Of a stretch of DNA of 64,000 nucleotides, positions 27,625-39,946 are shown one piece after another. The notes beneath the pieces were generated by a model that worked only from the letters and a program-made list of their open reading frames with translations, was not told the origin of the DNA and made no database searches. Each line of letters begins with the position of its first letter. The stretch's first letter is position 1. A program made the position numbers and the translations under genes. Where the stretch lies: NCBI GenBank assembly GCA_037379345.1, contig CM074511.1:16182001-16246000 (forward strand), read 5' to 3'. The stretch comes from Perna viridis (Eukaryota).

Positions 27625-28236
27625 CACTCCTTGAGACGTTCACGTTTCCCATTTTAGGGTTCGTGCATCGTTTATCATGCGTTTACACATCATTTTGCGT
27701 TCGTTTAAACGCACGATACGAGCGTTCGTTTATTTTTGTACTTTGATTATTTCCTTGATTTAACTTTCATTTTTATATTTTTTTGCTGTTACTAATCTTT
27801 ATATTTTCATTAATTTCATTTTCTATTTTTTTCTTTCGTCATTATTTGTTATTATTATTATTTTTCATCGTTCGTCTATCATGTGTTTAAACGCACGCTG
27901 TGAGCGTTCGTCTATCGTGAGTTTAAACGCACGCTGTGAGCGTTCGTGTATCGTGCGTTTAAACGCACGCTAGGAGGTAGACCTAGGGTAAGGATAAGTC
28001 TATCAAGCTTTCAGTTGACACAGAATGAAATCAATCAAAGTTACTTTGATGCTTACATGACATTGATGTAAAATGCTGAATACAAACGTTCCAATGATTT
28101 TTAAGAGTTATGTTCCCTACCCTAGGTCTACCTCTTTAAACGCACGATAGAAGCGTTTGTTTATTGTGCGTTTGGTGAGCGTTTAGCGTTCGTTTAGGTA
28201 TCATGCGTGCGGGAAACCTAGGCGTCTCAAGGATTG
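27625..28236. mobile_element. MITE with internal tttaaacgcacg repeats, interrupted by a second MITE
   Basis: TIRs CACTCCTTGAGACGttcacGTTTCCC / GGGAAACctaggCGTCTCAAGGATTG. TATG on both flanks. ~36-bp tandem units at 27870-27970. Confidence 0.7.
27972..28136. mobile_element. Kolobok-like MITE, internally deleted copy
   Basis: TIRs AGGAGGTAGACCTAGGGTA / TACCCTAGGTCTACCTCTT. The interior is nearly colinear with 47490-47703 but lacks ~50 bp after the left TIR. Confidence 0.75.
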
Positions 28237-28448
28237 TATGTTTCCACTGAAGCCATTTTCTATCAATGTACGTAACTTTTGTAATCTCGCATATTGTTCA
28301 TGCATTTATTGAAAAAAAAACACAAACAATAGGTACTTACTAGCATAATTATGGTGGTGACGCAGGCCCAGACATTTCAAGTTTGTATTGTATTTAAACT
28401 TATATGAAACAAGATTTGAGTTTTTAACGTCATTCTTTACATGATCTT

Positions 28449-29125
28449 AAAAGAATAATCAAGGGAACAAAGATTCGAGCTCAAATCAAAAGAATATAAT
28501 CTAAGGATGAAGAAAGGGAAGAACATGAAATAACCAAAATAACGAGTACAAAAAAAAAGGAAATGAGCAACTCAGCCTCCTCTAAAAAGTAAATGAGCAA
28601 CTAGGACTCCTCTAAAAAGTAAATGAGCAACCCACACTCCACAAAAAAAGTAAATGAGCAACCCACACTCCATTAAAAAGTAAATGACCAACTCGGACTC
28701 CTCTAAAAAGTAAATGAGCAACCCACACTCCACTCAAAAGTAAATGAGCAACTCGGGCTCTTCTCAAAAGTAAATGAGCAACCCACACTCAACTAAAAAG
28801 TAAATGACCAACTCGGACTCCTCTAAAAAGTAAATGAGCAACCCACACTCCACAAAAAAAAGTAAATGAGCAACCCACACTCCACAAAAAAAGTAAATGA
28901 GCAACCCACACTCCTCTAAAAAGTAAATGAGCAATCTACACTCCATTCAAAAGTAAATGAGCAACCCACACTCCACTAAAAAGTAAATGAGCAACTCAGA
29001 CTACACTAAAAAGTAAATGAGCTACTCGAACTAGATTAAAAAGTAAATGACAAACTCAGACTCCACTAAAAAGTAAATGACAACTCAGACTCCACTAAAA
29101 ACTGGGACTGTAAACCAGGTAATTC
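28449..29125 (-). repeat. Dispersed SINE-like repeat containing an ~18-copy, 30-31-bp minisatellite (28553-29100)
   Basis: Unit aaaagtaaatgagcaac(ccacac/tcggac)tccact. Both flanks continue the same dispersed repeat seen at 23236-23470. Confidence 0.9.
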
Positions 29126-29894
29126 GGTAATGTAACTCCAACGATTGCTAAAACTGGCACCCTAAACTTACCTAGCTGAATCATAAAAATATCACCGTTC
29201 TCAACTCAGCGCTTAGATTCGCACGAAAATCGCTGATTTTCATTTTTAATTGAAAATAATAATGTACGAAACGTTGTTCAAGATGTGTTGCAATTCATAT
29301 AGTCGTATTAGTTTTTCGTGATTACATGTATATACAATTGACTGTCACACGCACGTTTTGAACAGGACGAAAAAGTATATTTTTGACAGCTTTTAATATA
29401 TAAACAAATGAAGCGGAGATCATTACATTTAAATTGTCCATATTAAGTTCTGTATAAAGTCATTGTGTTTTCATTCGTTCATGATTCATTTATTTCTATT
29501 TTCAAAAAATATTTACAAACGCTGCTGGCCCTAACATCTCTGGTTTCATTTTTAAAAAGTGAGTTTATCCATTGGTATAGTAAACAAAAATACTTAAAAG
29601 TATTTCTGTTTTTTCACAGCTTTCTGCATTTAAACATCACTTCTAAATATGAAGAAATTTCTGATCTGGATGTAATGAGTGCTCAACTCCAAATCGTGAG
29701 AAATGTTATTTCTTTGACATATTTTTTCAAACTGATTATTTGCATCATTGACGGTGCCCAGGTCGATTTACATGTCTGTTACTGTGTATGTAACTACTTC
29801 CTGAGATCTAGTATGTTGTGTCTTTAAGTCTTTGGTATAAATGTGTGTCTATTGTCTCTTCCGATATAATAAAACACTTACTGACTCTATATTC

Positions 29895-29992
29895 GAGAAT
29901 ATGGTAAGTTTATTTTCCCCGAGGTATAACTATAGTCTTGGGGCATAGCCGAGGGCAATAGTTGTAACCTCGGGAAAATGGACTTACTATTC
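29895..29992. repeat. Imperfect ~95-bp palindrome (foldback element remnant)
   Basis: aatatggtaagtttattttccccgaggtataactat ... atagttgtaacctcgggaaaatggacttactatt. Confidence 0.6.
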
Positions 29993-31522
29993 CCCTTATA
30001 CCCAGTATATAAGAATAAAATATACCCAGTGCCTCGGTTATATTAAGACCCAGAGTATGTTTTTCGAAACATGTCGTAGTACGGCTCTAAGTTATCTGAG
30101 ACTTACATGAAGTTTAAGAGTGTACCTTTGTTAGTATTTATCTTATTTGTGTGTCTGTATGTGTGTGTGTGCGAAGAGATTGCATGAGAATAACATTTTG
30201 CTGTTAAGTGGATTATATGATATTATGGCTATTCAAATTCTTTAATTTGCAATTGGAAATAAAATATACTACATATAAGGTTGTACATTTATTCTAATAA
30301 AACTTGTACAGGGAAAACAGACTTTCCTCAAGAAATGAAACATATGTAATCCTTGTTCTCAAATGTTTGCATGGATCTACATGAATTTGGTTTGACTTTT
30401 AGCAAAATTTAATGTAATAGTTTCATTGCATTTCAACTTCCATTATATAAAACATGCTCTGTGTGCAATATATTTTATGATTTTCTTAACAAAAGACCGT
30501 CAACAAATACCAAGATTCCTGTAATCTACAATCTAGGATATGACATAAGATGGTCCATAAGGGCCTATTGTTAAGACGTAGGAAATGATATGCTGAAAAT
30601 ACAAGGCAACAAACCGAGATCATCAGAGGACAGTTAATGAATACATGATAGGGAAATCCATAAATGGTAGGAACATCCTGAACTTCTACCTTTCACATGA
30701 AATTCAGGATAATAACTTCAGATGTATTCCTTGGTATGACATGAGCCTGAGATTGTTATTGTGTTCCTTGATATGACATAACCCTGAGATTGTTATTGCC
30801 ATAACACTTAAGTTTTTCATAAAGATGTATACACTTGTTCTTTGAATTACGCCAGCATAATTAAACTTTTAAAAAAGTACTGTCGATCTGGTACTTACAA
30901 AACCCGCATTTTATTATTATAAACAGATTTTTGCTACTTATATGCGGACAATTTTATTTATTACATGGACGGTTTGGGAATTACATTTTAATTTATAAAG
31001 ATATTTTTTCTAACGTCACACAGAAATTGTTCGAATCATTTCCAGGGACCAGAGCATACACATAACCAATGCGCAAACAGTGGTGAAATAATAAATATTT
31101 AATTTCTGTTTTGTTTGTTTTTTTTGGGGGGGTGCGAACAAAAATAATATATTTGTAACACTCGTGTAGCACAACTTACTTGTCTGAAATAGTTTTAATA
31201 ATTAGGGCTATTTTTATCCCTTTATTTATCTTTCTCGTTATCACACGATCCGGGCACACGACACTTTCCTTTGCTGTCGTTCCGTTTACGTATTGTTCAC
31301 CTGGATTCACCACCACTGTCTTGAATGTTAGTATTCTGTATGTTTTATTATTTTTTTTAGATATTTTGTGCTTTTCGATTTGTTTTTGTTTTGTTTTTGT
31401 TTTGTTTTCGTTTCGTTTAGTTTCGTTTTTTTTTTTGTTTATGACTTGTTTTTTTTTTCAGTTTTGTGTTCCCCATGTATATACATGTACCTCATCCCAA
31501 GTCAGGGTTTTGGAAGGATGTG

Positions 31523-31585
31523 GATTGATCGATTGTTGGGGTTTAACGCCCGAGCAGTAATATTTCAGCTTTATTCAGGCGATGA
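31523..31585 (-). repeat. SINE 3'-tail fragment (second family)
   Basis: Reverse complement matches 44997-45066 (ctgaata.agc.gaaat.tt.ctgctcgg.cgttaaaccccaac plus a simple-repeat tail). Confidence 0.65.
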
Positions 31586-34500
31586 AAGGATTACTCCTAC
31601 AACGTAAGCGGTTGGAATTCTGTTCTTTCATACCCCAACCTCTAAATTCCGAGCGCAATATTGCATACCGCCCGTTCCGCCTTTCTTTGATGTCGGCAAA
31701 ATTATTTTAAAATATTTACCATTTAAAAGATTTTATACAGTTACTTTACCATAACACGAGATAAGGTGAATAAATAGAAGAAAACAAATGACCTATCTGA
31801 TTAGGAAATCCAGCAATCCTGGAAATCCTTTGTTAGCAGGCTAAATGAACTTCAAATTTGGTTTTTAGTTTTTCGATTGTGTAATTCCGGTTGATAAAAT
31901 TACGGATATTAAAATTTACGAAACGAACATATTAAATTAACCAACGAATTGCCTTTATCAACTTTAAAGTTCGTTTTCTCAAAATATATTGTATTCCGTG
32001 AAATTAGTGACCAAATTCAGAATGGCTGCTCACTTTGAAAACTGTCTTTATTATAAATGTTTTTTAGGTAACAAAAAATTAGGACTTTTAACGCTTGAAT
32101 TCCGATAGGTTAAAACTTCTTTTATACAAATAAAAGACTTAAAATATTTTAAAACACATGATTAGCTAATTCACATTTGCGGTGGCCTTCAACATGTCAG
32201 ATGCTAAGAGGTTAGGATGGCACCTATTCAGAAAATAGCTTGCCAGACAACCTCCAGCACTGTTGGAGTAATGGAAGGATGTGGAATAAAACAAAACACA
32301 AATGGCATTTTGGGCTATCAACTGCTTCTGTCGAGTGAAATACTACTAACACATATTTTTCCAATATTTTATCACAAATAAAAACAAATTTGCTTTGATT
32401 AACGAGTACATATAAGATATAATTATGATAACAAATGTAACAAAATAACGAAAAATGAAATATTGCAAAAATAAGCAAAAAGAACGACAACTCAAATCTA
32501 CATAGCTTGTGAAATAAATGGTTATTCCCCTTGGGTCACAATCGCACGGAATGTTTAAAAACTATAAATATTAAAGTCAGTAACATTGTTTTACATATAC
32601 TGCTATTCCATAAACTGCTTCCTGAGTTACTTATATTGTTATATTTTGACCCTGATGTCGATGTCTGCTGAAAAATAAATTAAAACATATTTATTATATG
32701 CGTGGGTATGAACAGAAAAATCACAAAAATATACTGAAAAGCCAACAGAACACCGACAAGCATTCAAAGCGGATTTAAACAAAAACAATGTCAGCAAAAC
32801 AAGTATAATCACATCTTTAAAGTAGAACTAAAGGTGGTCTGAATAAAAGAGTGTCAGGTCCGGAGAAATTTGTTTTTTGCTTTTGTTTTTGTTTTTTGTG
32901 TGTGCAAAATTGGCACATGATAGCCTGAAAACCCCTTTTTGTGATGTCAGTATTAACACCATTTAAAATATTTCTATATTCACCACCTGCTCAGTATAAG
33001 TTAAGAAACGCATTAAAACACTAAAAAAGTTTGTGCTATTTAACACATTAAAAACCTGCATGGACGTGATTAAGGGGTGGCATAAGAAGCAAAGGAGCCT
33101 TTGTGTTAATAGAAAGCTACTTTTTTTCTTTGCTCAAATATAAACTTTCATGTTATATAAAGAATATTTTCCTTTCTCATATGAAGAATGAATTTGGGAA
33201 TTATGTATATAATCGTCTTTCACATCAACATGGATTACATTAATAACAGTATAAAAACCGTTTAAGTACTTAAGAATGTTGATAAAATGATGATATAGTC
33301 TTAAAGGTGTTCTCGGCTGGTTATATAATGTGACTTGAAAGTTAAAAAAATGTGACACAAACGCTTCAAAAGCTTGAAATAAGCTTTTAAATTTGAATAT
33401 ATTAAAATCATTCACAACAAAATATCCTCTACGGTTTTATACCCATTCCACCTAAAATTTGTACCTAAAGCTTTGGATTAGAAGTGATATGCGCCACTAC
33501 GCATCAGTTGTGTCCATTTATACCCCAACACTGCCATCATATTTCAGAGCGAAGACATGAAAGTGACAAAACCCTGCCCTACGGGAAGCAATAAAACCAA
33601 TACCCAACTTTTCGTAGTTAATAAAAGCAAACTAATCTTCTTTTTCTAGGGATATAATAAAAGTACAAAAGGCATTTCATCATAATGAATTAAATCAGTG
33701 CCATATTAAGCCAGGGACATCTTTTTCCGAAACTTAAATCGCACGATTGAATTTTGATCTTGGTTTTATCCTAAATAGAATAATTAACGTCACACTGTGA
33801 TAGCCAGTGAAGAAAATAACGTCAACAAATTTTTAATATCGTAATAAATAACCTTTTTGTGTGGTCTAATGGTTAATTCTCAAGTGCAATGCTTGAAGTA
33901 GCATCCTACTCATTTAAGTTGTGATATACTGCAATGCGCCCTGACATTTAATCTTCATATCAATTAATTCGATACATATTTTGTTGGCAGTTATATATAA
34001 TTCAAATATTGCTTATCATTAATAAGTTAAAGTGTTCGCTGACATTTGGCCTTAATTCTTTTTCGAGTGATTTTGGTTTATTACGTTAACATCATCTGCT
34101 TAGTTTTTTTTGTATATTCCAAAATATTAATTAGTTGAATATCATGGTACTAATCAATTTTGTCTTCGTTTTTATACATGCTAATAGCCAAATTTGCCAA
34201 TATGTCAACCTTAAAGATACCAATGGTAATTATGATTGAACCCCACATGTTAATATAATGTACAAATGCATCCAGGAAAATAACGCTAAAGGCCATAGTA
34301 AATATTTCCGTGGGACAGTGGTCACAATGTGCATTGTTGATCTTTAATTCGCATGTGCATTCTCATAAACCTTAACTTTTCCATTTTTATCTTTCTGAAA
34401 CTGAGAAGAACTCGTTGAAACATAAAAAGGTTCAATTTTAACCCCTGCTAATTCAAAGGGAATTTCTCTGTAATTAAAATACAAAACATAAAGTATTTAA

Positions 34501-34902
34501 AGAAAAGATTCTACAAAAAGTTGTCATTACAATTAAAATTTGTTCGATTGGATAGTGAATGTAATGTTCAAATAGTTACCAAAGAAAGGAACATAAAAGA
34601 AATACAGACATGTAAAAAGTCTTATGTTGACTTCCGACACCTAGCACGTGATATGCAGACGGTAGTTCATATAAACGAATTTGAAATGTGTCTTCCTCAT
34701 TTATTTATGTCTTTTTGTACCTATAAGTCACGAGTTTTTAGTTGATTGCATTTCCGGGTTATGTCAATAAATTTCTCGTCTCACCTCGGTCATGTTAAGT
34801 ACTACATTAAAATGGACCAGTTCAACTATACTCGGGTAATGCTAAATCAAAATACGTCTTCCAGCTATTACCTATTATATCAAGATATTAAGCATTTTTC
34901 TT

Positions 34903-35051
34903 TTAAGTTTTACATATTGCAATGAAATAAAAACCTATGAGTAAGTTATACGAGTCGGTGGATTGTGTGCTTGTTGACTTTGGAATTATATCTCTTGGAC
35001 CACTATTGTATTTTTCGCAGGTTCTAATTCGTGTCCCCGGTATCTTCAGAG
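34903..35051 (-). CDS. Gene B probable terminal exon with GPI-type tail (LKIPGTRIRTCEKYNSGPRDIIPKSTSTQSTDSYNLLIGFYFIAICKT*)
   Basis: S/T cluster then hydrophobic tail. FYFIAIC aligns with IYIFTTC of the gene A tail. The acceptor is ambiguous (35051 phase 1 or 35043 phase 0, both weak). Confidence 0.5.
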
Positions 35052-35130
35052 CTTATAATTCAGACAAATTTTACTGCATATATTTTCTATTTTTCATTAT
35101 ATTTTGTACATTAATAATAATTATACACAT

Positions 35131-35233
35131 GGGCATCGTTTCACAAAGTTTATGTAAGACTTACTTGGTAAGTCCCTTTGGTTTATTAAGGATTTACGTG
35201 TACATCTTACGAGTACTTTGTGAAACGGTGCCC
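35131..35233. mobile_element. ~103-bp MITE (GGGC termini, Harbinger-like)
   Basis: TIRs GGGCATCGTTTCACAAAGT / ACTTTGTGAAACGGTGCCC (18/19). Confidence 0.75.
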
Positions 35234-35763
35234 TGAATGATAATGTAGTTGTTTTTAATATTTTCCTATCCTTTTGTACGCCTCCTTGAGAGGAAAAAAA
35301 AAACAGGAATGAATTTTCTTTAGAGTGACTAATGACTTTACTGAGTAAACTTTAATGAAGAAAAAAAATTGATCTTCTGAGAGACAACTTTACCTTATAT
35401 CTAATGTTATATTATATGGAAATGAAGTAAATCTAATTGAAATGTACCATTTAACACAGAACATAAATCAGTCTTTTGCTTCAGGGAATTTTCCTTTTCT
35501 ATCAAAACAAGTTGAATACACATGACACTATTTGTCACACTTTAACTTGAACAATCCGATATGACAAAATAGTATGCAAAGATGCATTATTATAATTAAT
35601 CTTTCTCGTGTCAAACTAGTTTTTACTATCTGCTCCCAAGCGAGGAAAATGCGTATTTTTGTTTCTACTTGCGAGGTTCCGTGTTTTACATTAGTTTTTT
35701 TTTTGTTTGTTTGTTTTTTTTTTTTTATAAAAATATACTACATTAGCTCAACAACAAACCTAC

Positions 35764-35884
35764 ATCTATGGCGTAACATTTCGTATTCAAGTTTTCGAAA
35801 GACCATCCTTAATGTTTTCAATATGCTGTTAGTTTTAAACGGAATTTTCATATCAGGAGGTTTCCAGGGAGAAGTGTGAGTTGT
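35764..35884 (-). CDS. Gene B possible stalk exon (TTHTSPWKPPDMKIPFKTNSILKTLRMVFRKLEYEMLRHR)
   Basis: Open 121-nt phase 0->1 segment (aatcag acceptor with weak pyrimidine tract, gtaggt donor). It would bridge exon 5 to the phase-1 acceptor at 35051. No counterpart in gene A. Confidence 0.3.
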
Positions 35885-36094
35885 CTGATTGTATCTGTCA
35901 TAATTTAATGATTTGAAGAATTACCCCTTCTAGCCGTGAATCCCATTGATTTCACTATATTATGATTATTGTATTGACCATGATTTCATCTGAATATGTT
36001 GAAGTATAGGGAGATGTTTGTGGAACTGCAAATTGTTTTTATCGAGATAAACATAGTATGACCCTCTTTACCCCAGTTCTTAATTCGTACTTAC

Positions 36095-36233
36095 CTGTAA
36101 AGGCACGTCTTTATCACAATCTTTGCTACGTTTTATAGAGGCTCTTATTAAAGTATCTACCAAGCTTTCGGCCTCTGGACCACATTTTAAACGGATATTT
36201 GTGCTGATACAGGAATTTAAACTCTTCATTTCA
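36095..36233 (-). CDS. Gene B exon 5 (EMKSLNSCISTNIRLKCGPEAESLVDTLIRASIKRSKDCDKDVPLQ)
   Basis: atttcag acceptor, CAG|gtaagt donor, phase 2->0. Paralogous to gene A exon 5. Confidence 0.9.
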
Positions 36234-37845
36234 CTGAAATATAATAATAAAAAAGAATAAATAAATGAAATCAGATGCGTATCTTATATTTCTTATCAAA
36301 ACCACATATTCTCTAATGTTCATTTGATACCAGACCATGGTATGGTATTTTTTAACATTAAAAATAGTTTAAATCTGCAACAAATGCACTCATTTGCATA
36401 TCATAAGCTCATTCGTTTTTTTCTATATATTTGCTGCTGCCTTCTTAATCCATATATGCACTTTATGTCAATAGAAAACAGAGTTCTGCACAAGTGCACA
36501 ACAGTAGGCAAGCACATACTACAAAAGTGAGTGATGCTGTGATTGCATGTTAAACACAAAAGTCGACAATACCTGCAAAAAAAATCAAATGCAGCCAAAT
36601 TATGAAGCGGCCACTGAATTCGGAAAGTAATTTTTACCCTAGATATCAATTTTCATCGAAATCAATCCATGTTTAAATTTAACCGACTTTGTCTGCAATT
36701 TTGAAAAAAAAAATGGCGGCTTTGTAAAAAAATGTTTACGCCTGTGATAGCAGCAAGTCAAGAAATGCTTTTTGAAATATTTTCATACAACTGAATAATT
36801 TTATACATTTTTATTAAAAAAATTATTGTTTTGTTTTGAAATTTCGAAAATTGCATGCACACCCCCCTCAGCATGCTTGATTTTGTAGCCAAGTTTGGTA
36901 TGAATTGAATAAGCGGTCTCCAAGTATTCGCTCTGTCATCTTTCAGAAGAAGAAAAAAAACTTCGTTTTGGCGACTTAATAATAAATGTGAAATAAAAAC
37001 CATCAATTTTTTTTTTGTTCTTGAATCTGTGAGAAACGAAATGTTTGGTCTGGTTGATCATTAAATTATGACTGTTTTGTGGATGCTTCATTGCAATAAA
37101 GTTTTACGTTTATATCTAAGAGAACATTGCGGTCCTCATGCTGTGGTGGAATTTTTCAATTTTGTGCCCTGTTGTCTTATCAATCCTAAATAAGAAGCAA
37201 TTTTTAATGTAATTATTCAGCAAAGTTTTTAATTAGTTTATAGAGGCGTAACGTACTCTGTTCCAATCCCAGGTACGTTGTTTACTTATCACTGGTGCAT
37301 AACAGTAGAGATATCGGAATTCTGCTTCTTGTAAACAGAGAACATAGCGTGTACGATATAGGAACTCCATGATAATTTGTATTTTAAGGACTTTGTAGCT
37401 TCCGTATGTTGTAGAGTCATCTACTTTAATTTCAATCTATCACAGGACTTCGAAACTCGTACAACTTGTCAATCAGTGGACATTCTTGTCATTAAGAATA
37501 TTAATTCCGAACACACACACAACCACATTATTGTTACAAAAAAAATCACCGTTTTAAGCTTTTACCACAGAGGCACGATTTAATTTGCGATTTCAAGGAA
37601 CTATAAATAGAAATAGCATAGTAACAACAGCTAGTAAACGACACAGACCGTCGACAAAAATTTGAAAAAAAATAAGCTAAAGAGTTATTCTCATGGGACT
37701 TCGCAAGCAGTTAAGAATAACCGGAGTCTGAAGTCATTGTTTTAGGTTCCGTGTTGGCGAGGCTAGTCTTCGAACCAGAACACCTCTGCTACATGTATGC
37801 AAATCATAAGCAATTGTATTATGTCCACATTTTATTTTTACTTAC

Positions 37846-37975
37846 CTACAAAACCGGTTTAAAGGTTTATTAATAACATCATCAAGTTCTGAAACAGCTA
37901 GTTTCATTTTTGTTTCAAAACATCGTTCAGAGTATTGTCCATGCTGTATAAAACAGTTATTATTTCTTGCATATA
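37846..37975 (-). CDS. Gene B exon 4 (VYARNNNCFIQHGQYSERCFETKMKLAVSELDDVINKPLNRFCS)
   Basis: tttttcag acceptor, AG|gtaagt donor, 130 nt, phase 1->2. Confidence 0.9.
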
Positions 37976-38033
37976 CTGAAAAAATAAAGCAAATCATTAT
38001 TGTTATTAAAAAAAAATAAGACACGATGTAGTT

Positions 38034-38470
38034 ACTGAAGAGTACAACATACCGAAGAGCACATCAGACCAAAGAGTATACCAGACCGAAATGGACAACA
38101 GACCAAAGCGCACACCAGACCGAAGACGTAGAGCAGACCGAAGAGTACATCAGACCAAAAAGTACAACAGACCAAAGAGTGCAACTGACCAAAGAGAACA
38201 TTACACCTAAAAGCACACAGACTGAAGAACAAATCAGACCGATTAGTACATCAGACAAAAGAGCACATCTGGCCGAAGAGCACCTCAGACCGAACAGTAC
38301 ACCAGATCAAAGGGCATACAAGACCGAAGATTACACCTGACCGTAGAATAAATCAGATCAAAGAGCACATCAGATAGTTGAGTACATGAGACCGAAGAGC
38401 ACATCAGATAGTTGAGTACATCACACCGAAGAGCACATCAGACTAGAGTACACCATACCAAAGAGTACAT
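38034..38470. repeat. 18-bp minisatellite (~24 copies) in gene B intron 3
   Basis: Consensus cagaccgaagagcacat(c), degenerate. It accounts for the spurious ORFs at 38032-38258. Confidence 0.9.
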
Positions 38471-39800
38471 AACTTAAGGTATTTCAGGCGATTTTAAATC
38501 AGCGTTATTTGCTTGTTTTTGTTTTTCTTTTGCAAGAAATATAGAAAAATTGCGTTTATATATAAATATCTATGTCCTAAATGCCCGCTATACTTCACGA
38601 TATAATATATAAAGTACAGAAATTGTAATATTAAGTTCATTTTATTTTTTGTTTGTTTTATAAACGTGAATCCTGAATATGTTTTCGAACATTTAACTGG
38701 TCTTTGATATTACCATGTAACCTTTGTGGCATATTAGCATTCTGCCATCAAATTACTGTGTGTTTTGGCCATTACAAAGACAGGTCATGTTTTTATTGGA
38801 AAGAAAAGCATAGCTCTTTTGCCATATCAAACAAAATGAAGGTTCAGACATTCTTTTCAATGATGACAAAAACCACCGACTCTGGAGATGTCAGACTGCT
38901 AAATAATTCTGTTAAAGCTTTTTCAAAGTATATTCTCGAATGGTTTGCCAGATTGACTTTCTCAAAAAGGCATTTTTTGTTTTTTTTTTACGTATATGAC
39001 ATGTGTGTATGTGTATGTGTATGTGTTTATGCGAATTCCAAAGTTGTTTCCCATATGTCATTACATACTTATGCTTGCTTTGTTGTTCTGTGATATGTTT
39101 ATGCATATTTTGATTTATTAAAGAATCTTTGGCTTCAAATTAGCAAAAATGTCGTTTTGATAAGATTTAAGTTTGAAAAATGACGTAAATCAGCAAAAAA
39201 CAGAGATAGCAATGTTTTAAATTTTAGAATCTTTTTTCATTTTAACCTTGATGTTTTCAGAATGGAGTACGTCATGATTAGCTTTTACAAAGAACACGAA
39301 GTTGTTAATTCCATCTTTTCTTTTTCTGTCAAGTACTTCCGCTTTGCTCCATTAATCTCTAAAGTTAAAGTAAACAACACGATACCTGTCCTCTTGTATT
39401 CACATAAACGTTTTCTTTGCACTTAGAATAAAATTAAACATAACAAGATTTGCATTTTTGCAGGACATATAAACTAAGTAAAGATTTATTGCCAGACTCT
39501 CTTACTGTTATCACAATGATTTGATTGCGTTTACGAAATATTTGTCCGGGTTTTAAGCGACCCCCAAAGGTTTCCGATGACAATGAAATGATTATGTAAT
39601 GCACTTTTATGTCAGCAAGTTGTAAGCAAATGTCATTGTAACAGTGACAGCAATAAGTTACAGAATTTAATTTTAAATAGCTTTCGTGGGGCAACATGTT
39701 TCTGTCCATTTTTTGTCTTGAAATATTGTCGATTTATGGTCCAGTTATGCTAACTACATGTATGCATTGACATAGCAGTTGTGCTAATTTGTTATCTTAC

Positions 39801-39946
39801 CATCTAACATATTGTCATCTTTGCATAATTCAGAGGAATCGGTTTGTCCTGAATGTAATGTTACTAAGGCAACGTCTATCTGACTCTTTCTTCCTGGGCA
39901 TTGACCATGAAAATCTCGGATGCATTTGAACGCTGCTTTATAGGAT
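39801..39946 (-). CDS. Gene B exon 3 (SYKAAFKCIRDFHGQCPGRKSQIDVALVTLHSGQTDSSELCKDDNMLD)
   Basis: ttttacag acceptor, G|gtaaga donor, phase 2->1. Paralogous to gene A exon 3. Confidence 0.9.

Noticed and set aside
28553-29100. Regular 30-bp array resembling a CRISPR array; ORF 28764-28946
   Set aside because: Units are contiguous variants with no unique spacers, the context is eukaryotic with no cas genes, and the unit derives from a dispersed repeat. The ORF is a translation of the minisatellite.
31180-31330. Minus-strand open segment ending at a consensus gtaagt donor
   Set aside because: No acceptor or start and no matching downstream exon. It could be a UTR exon but is unsupported.
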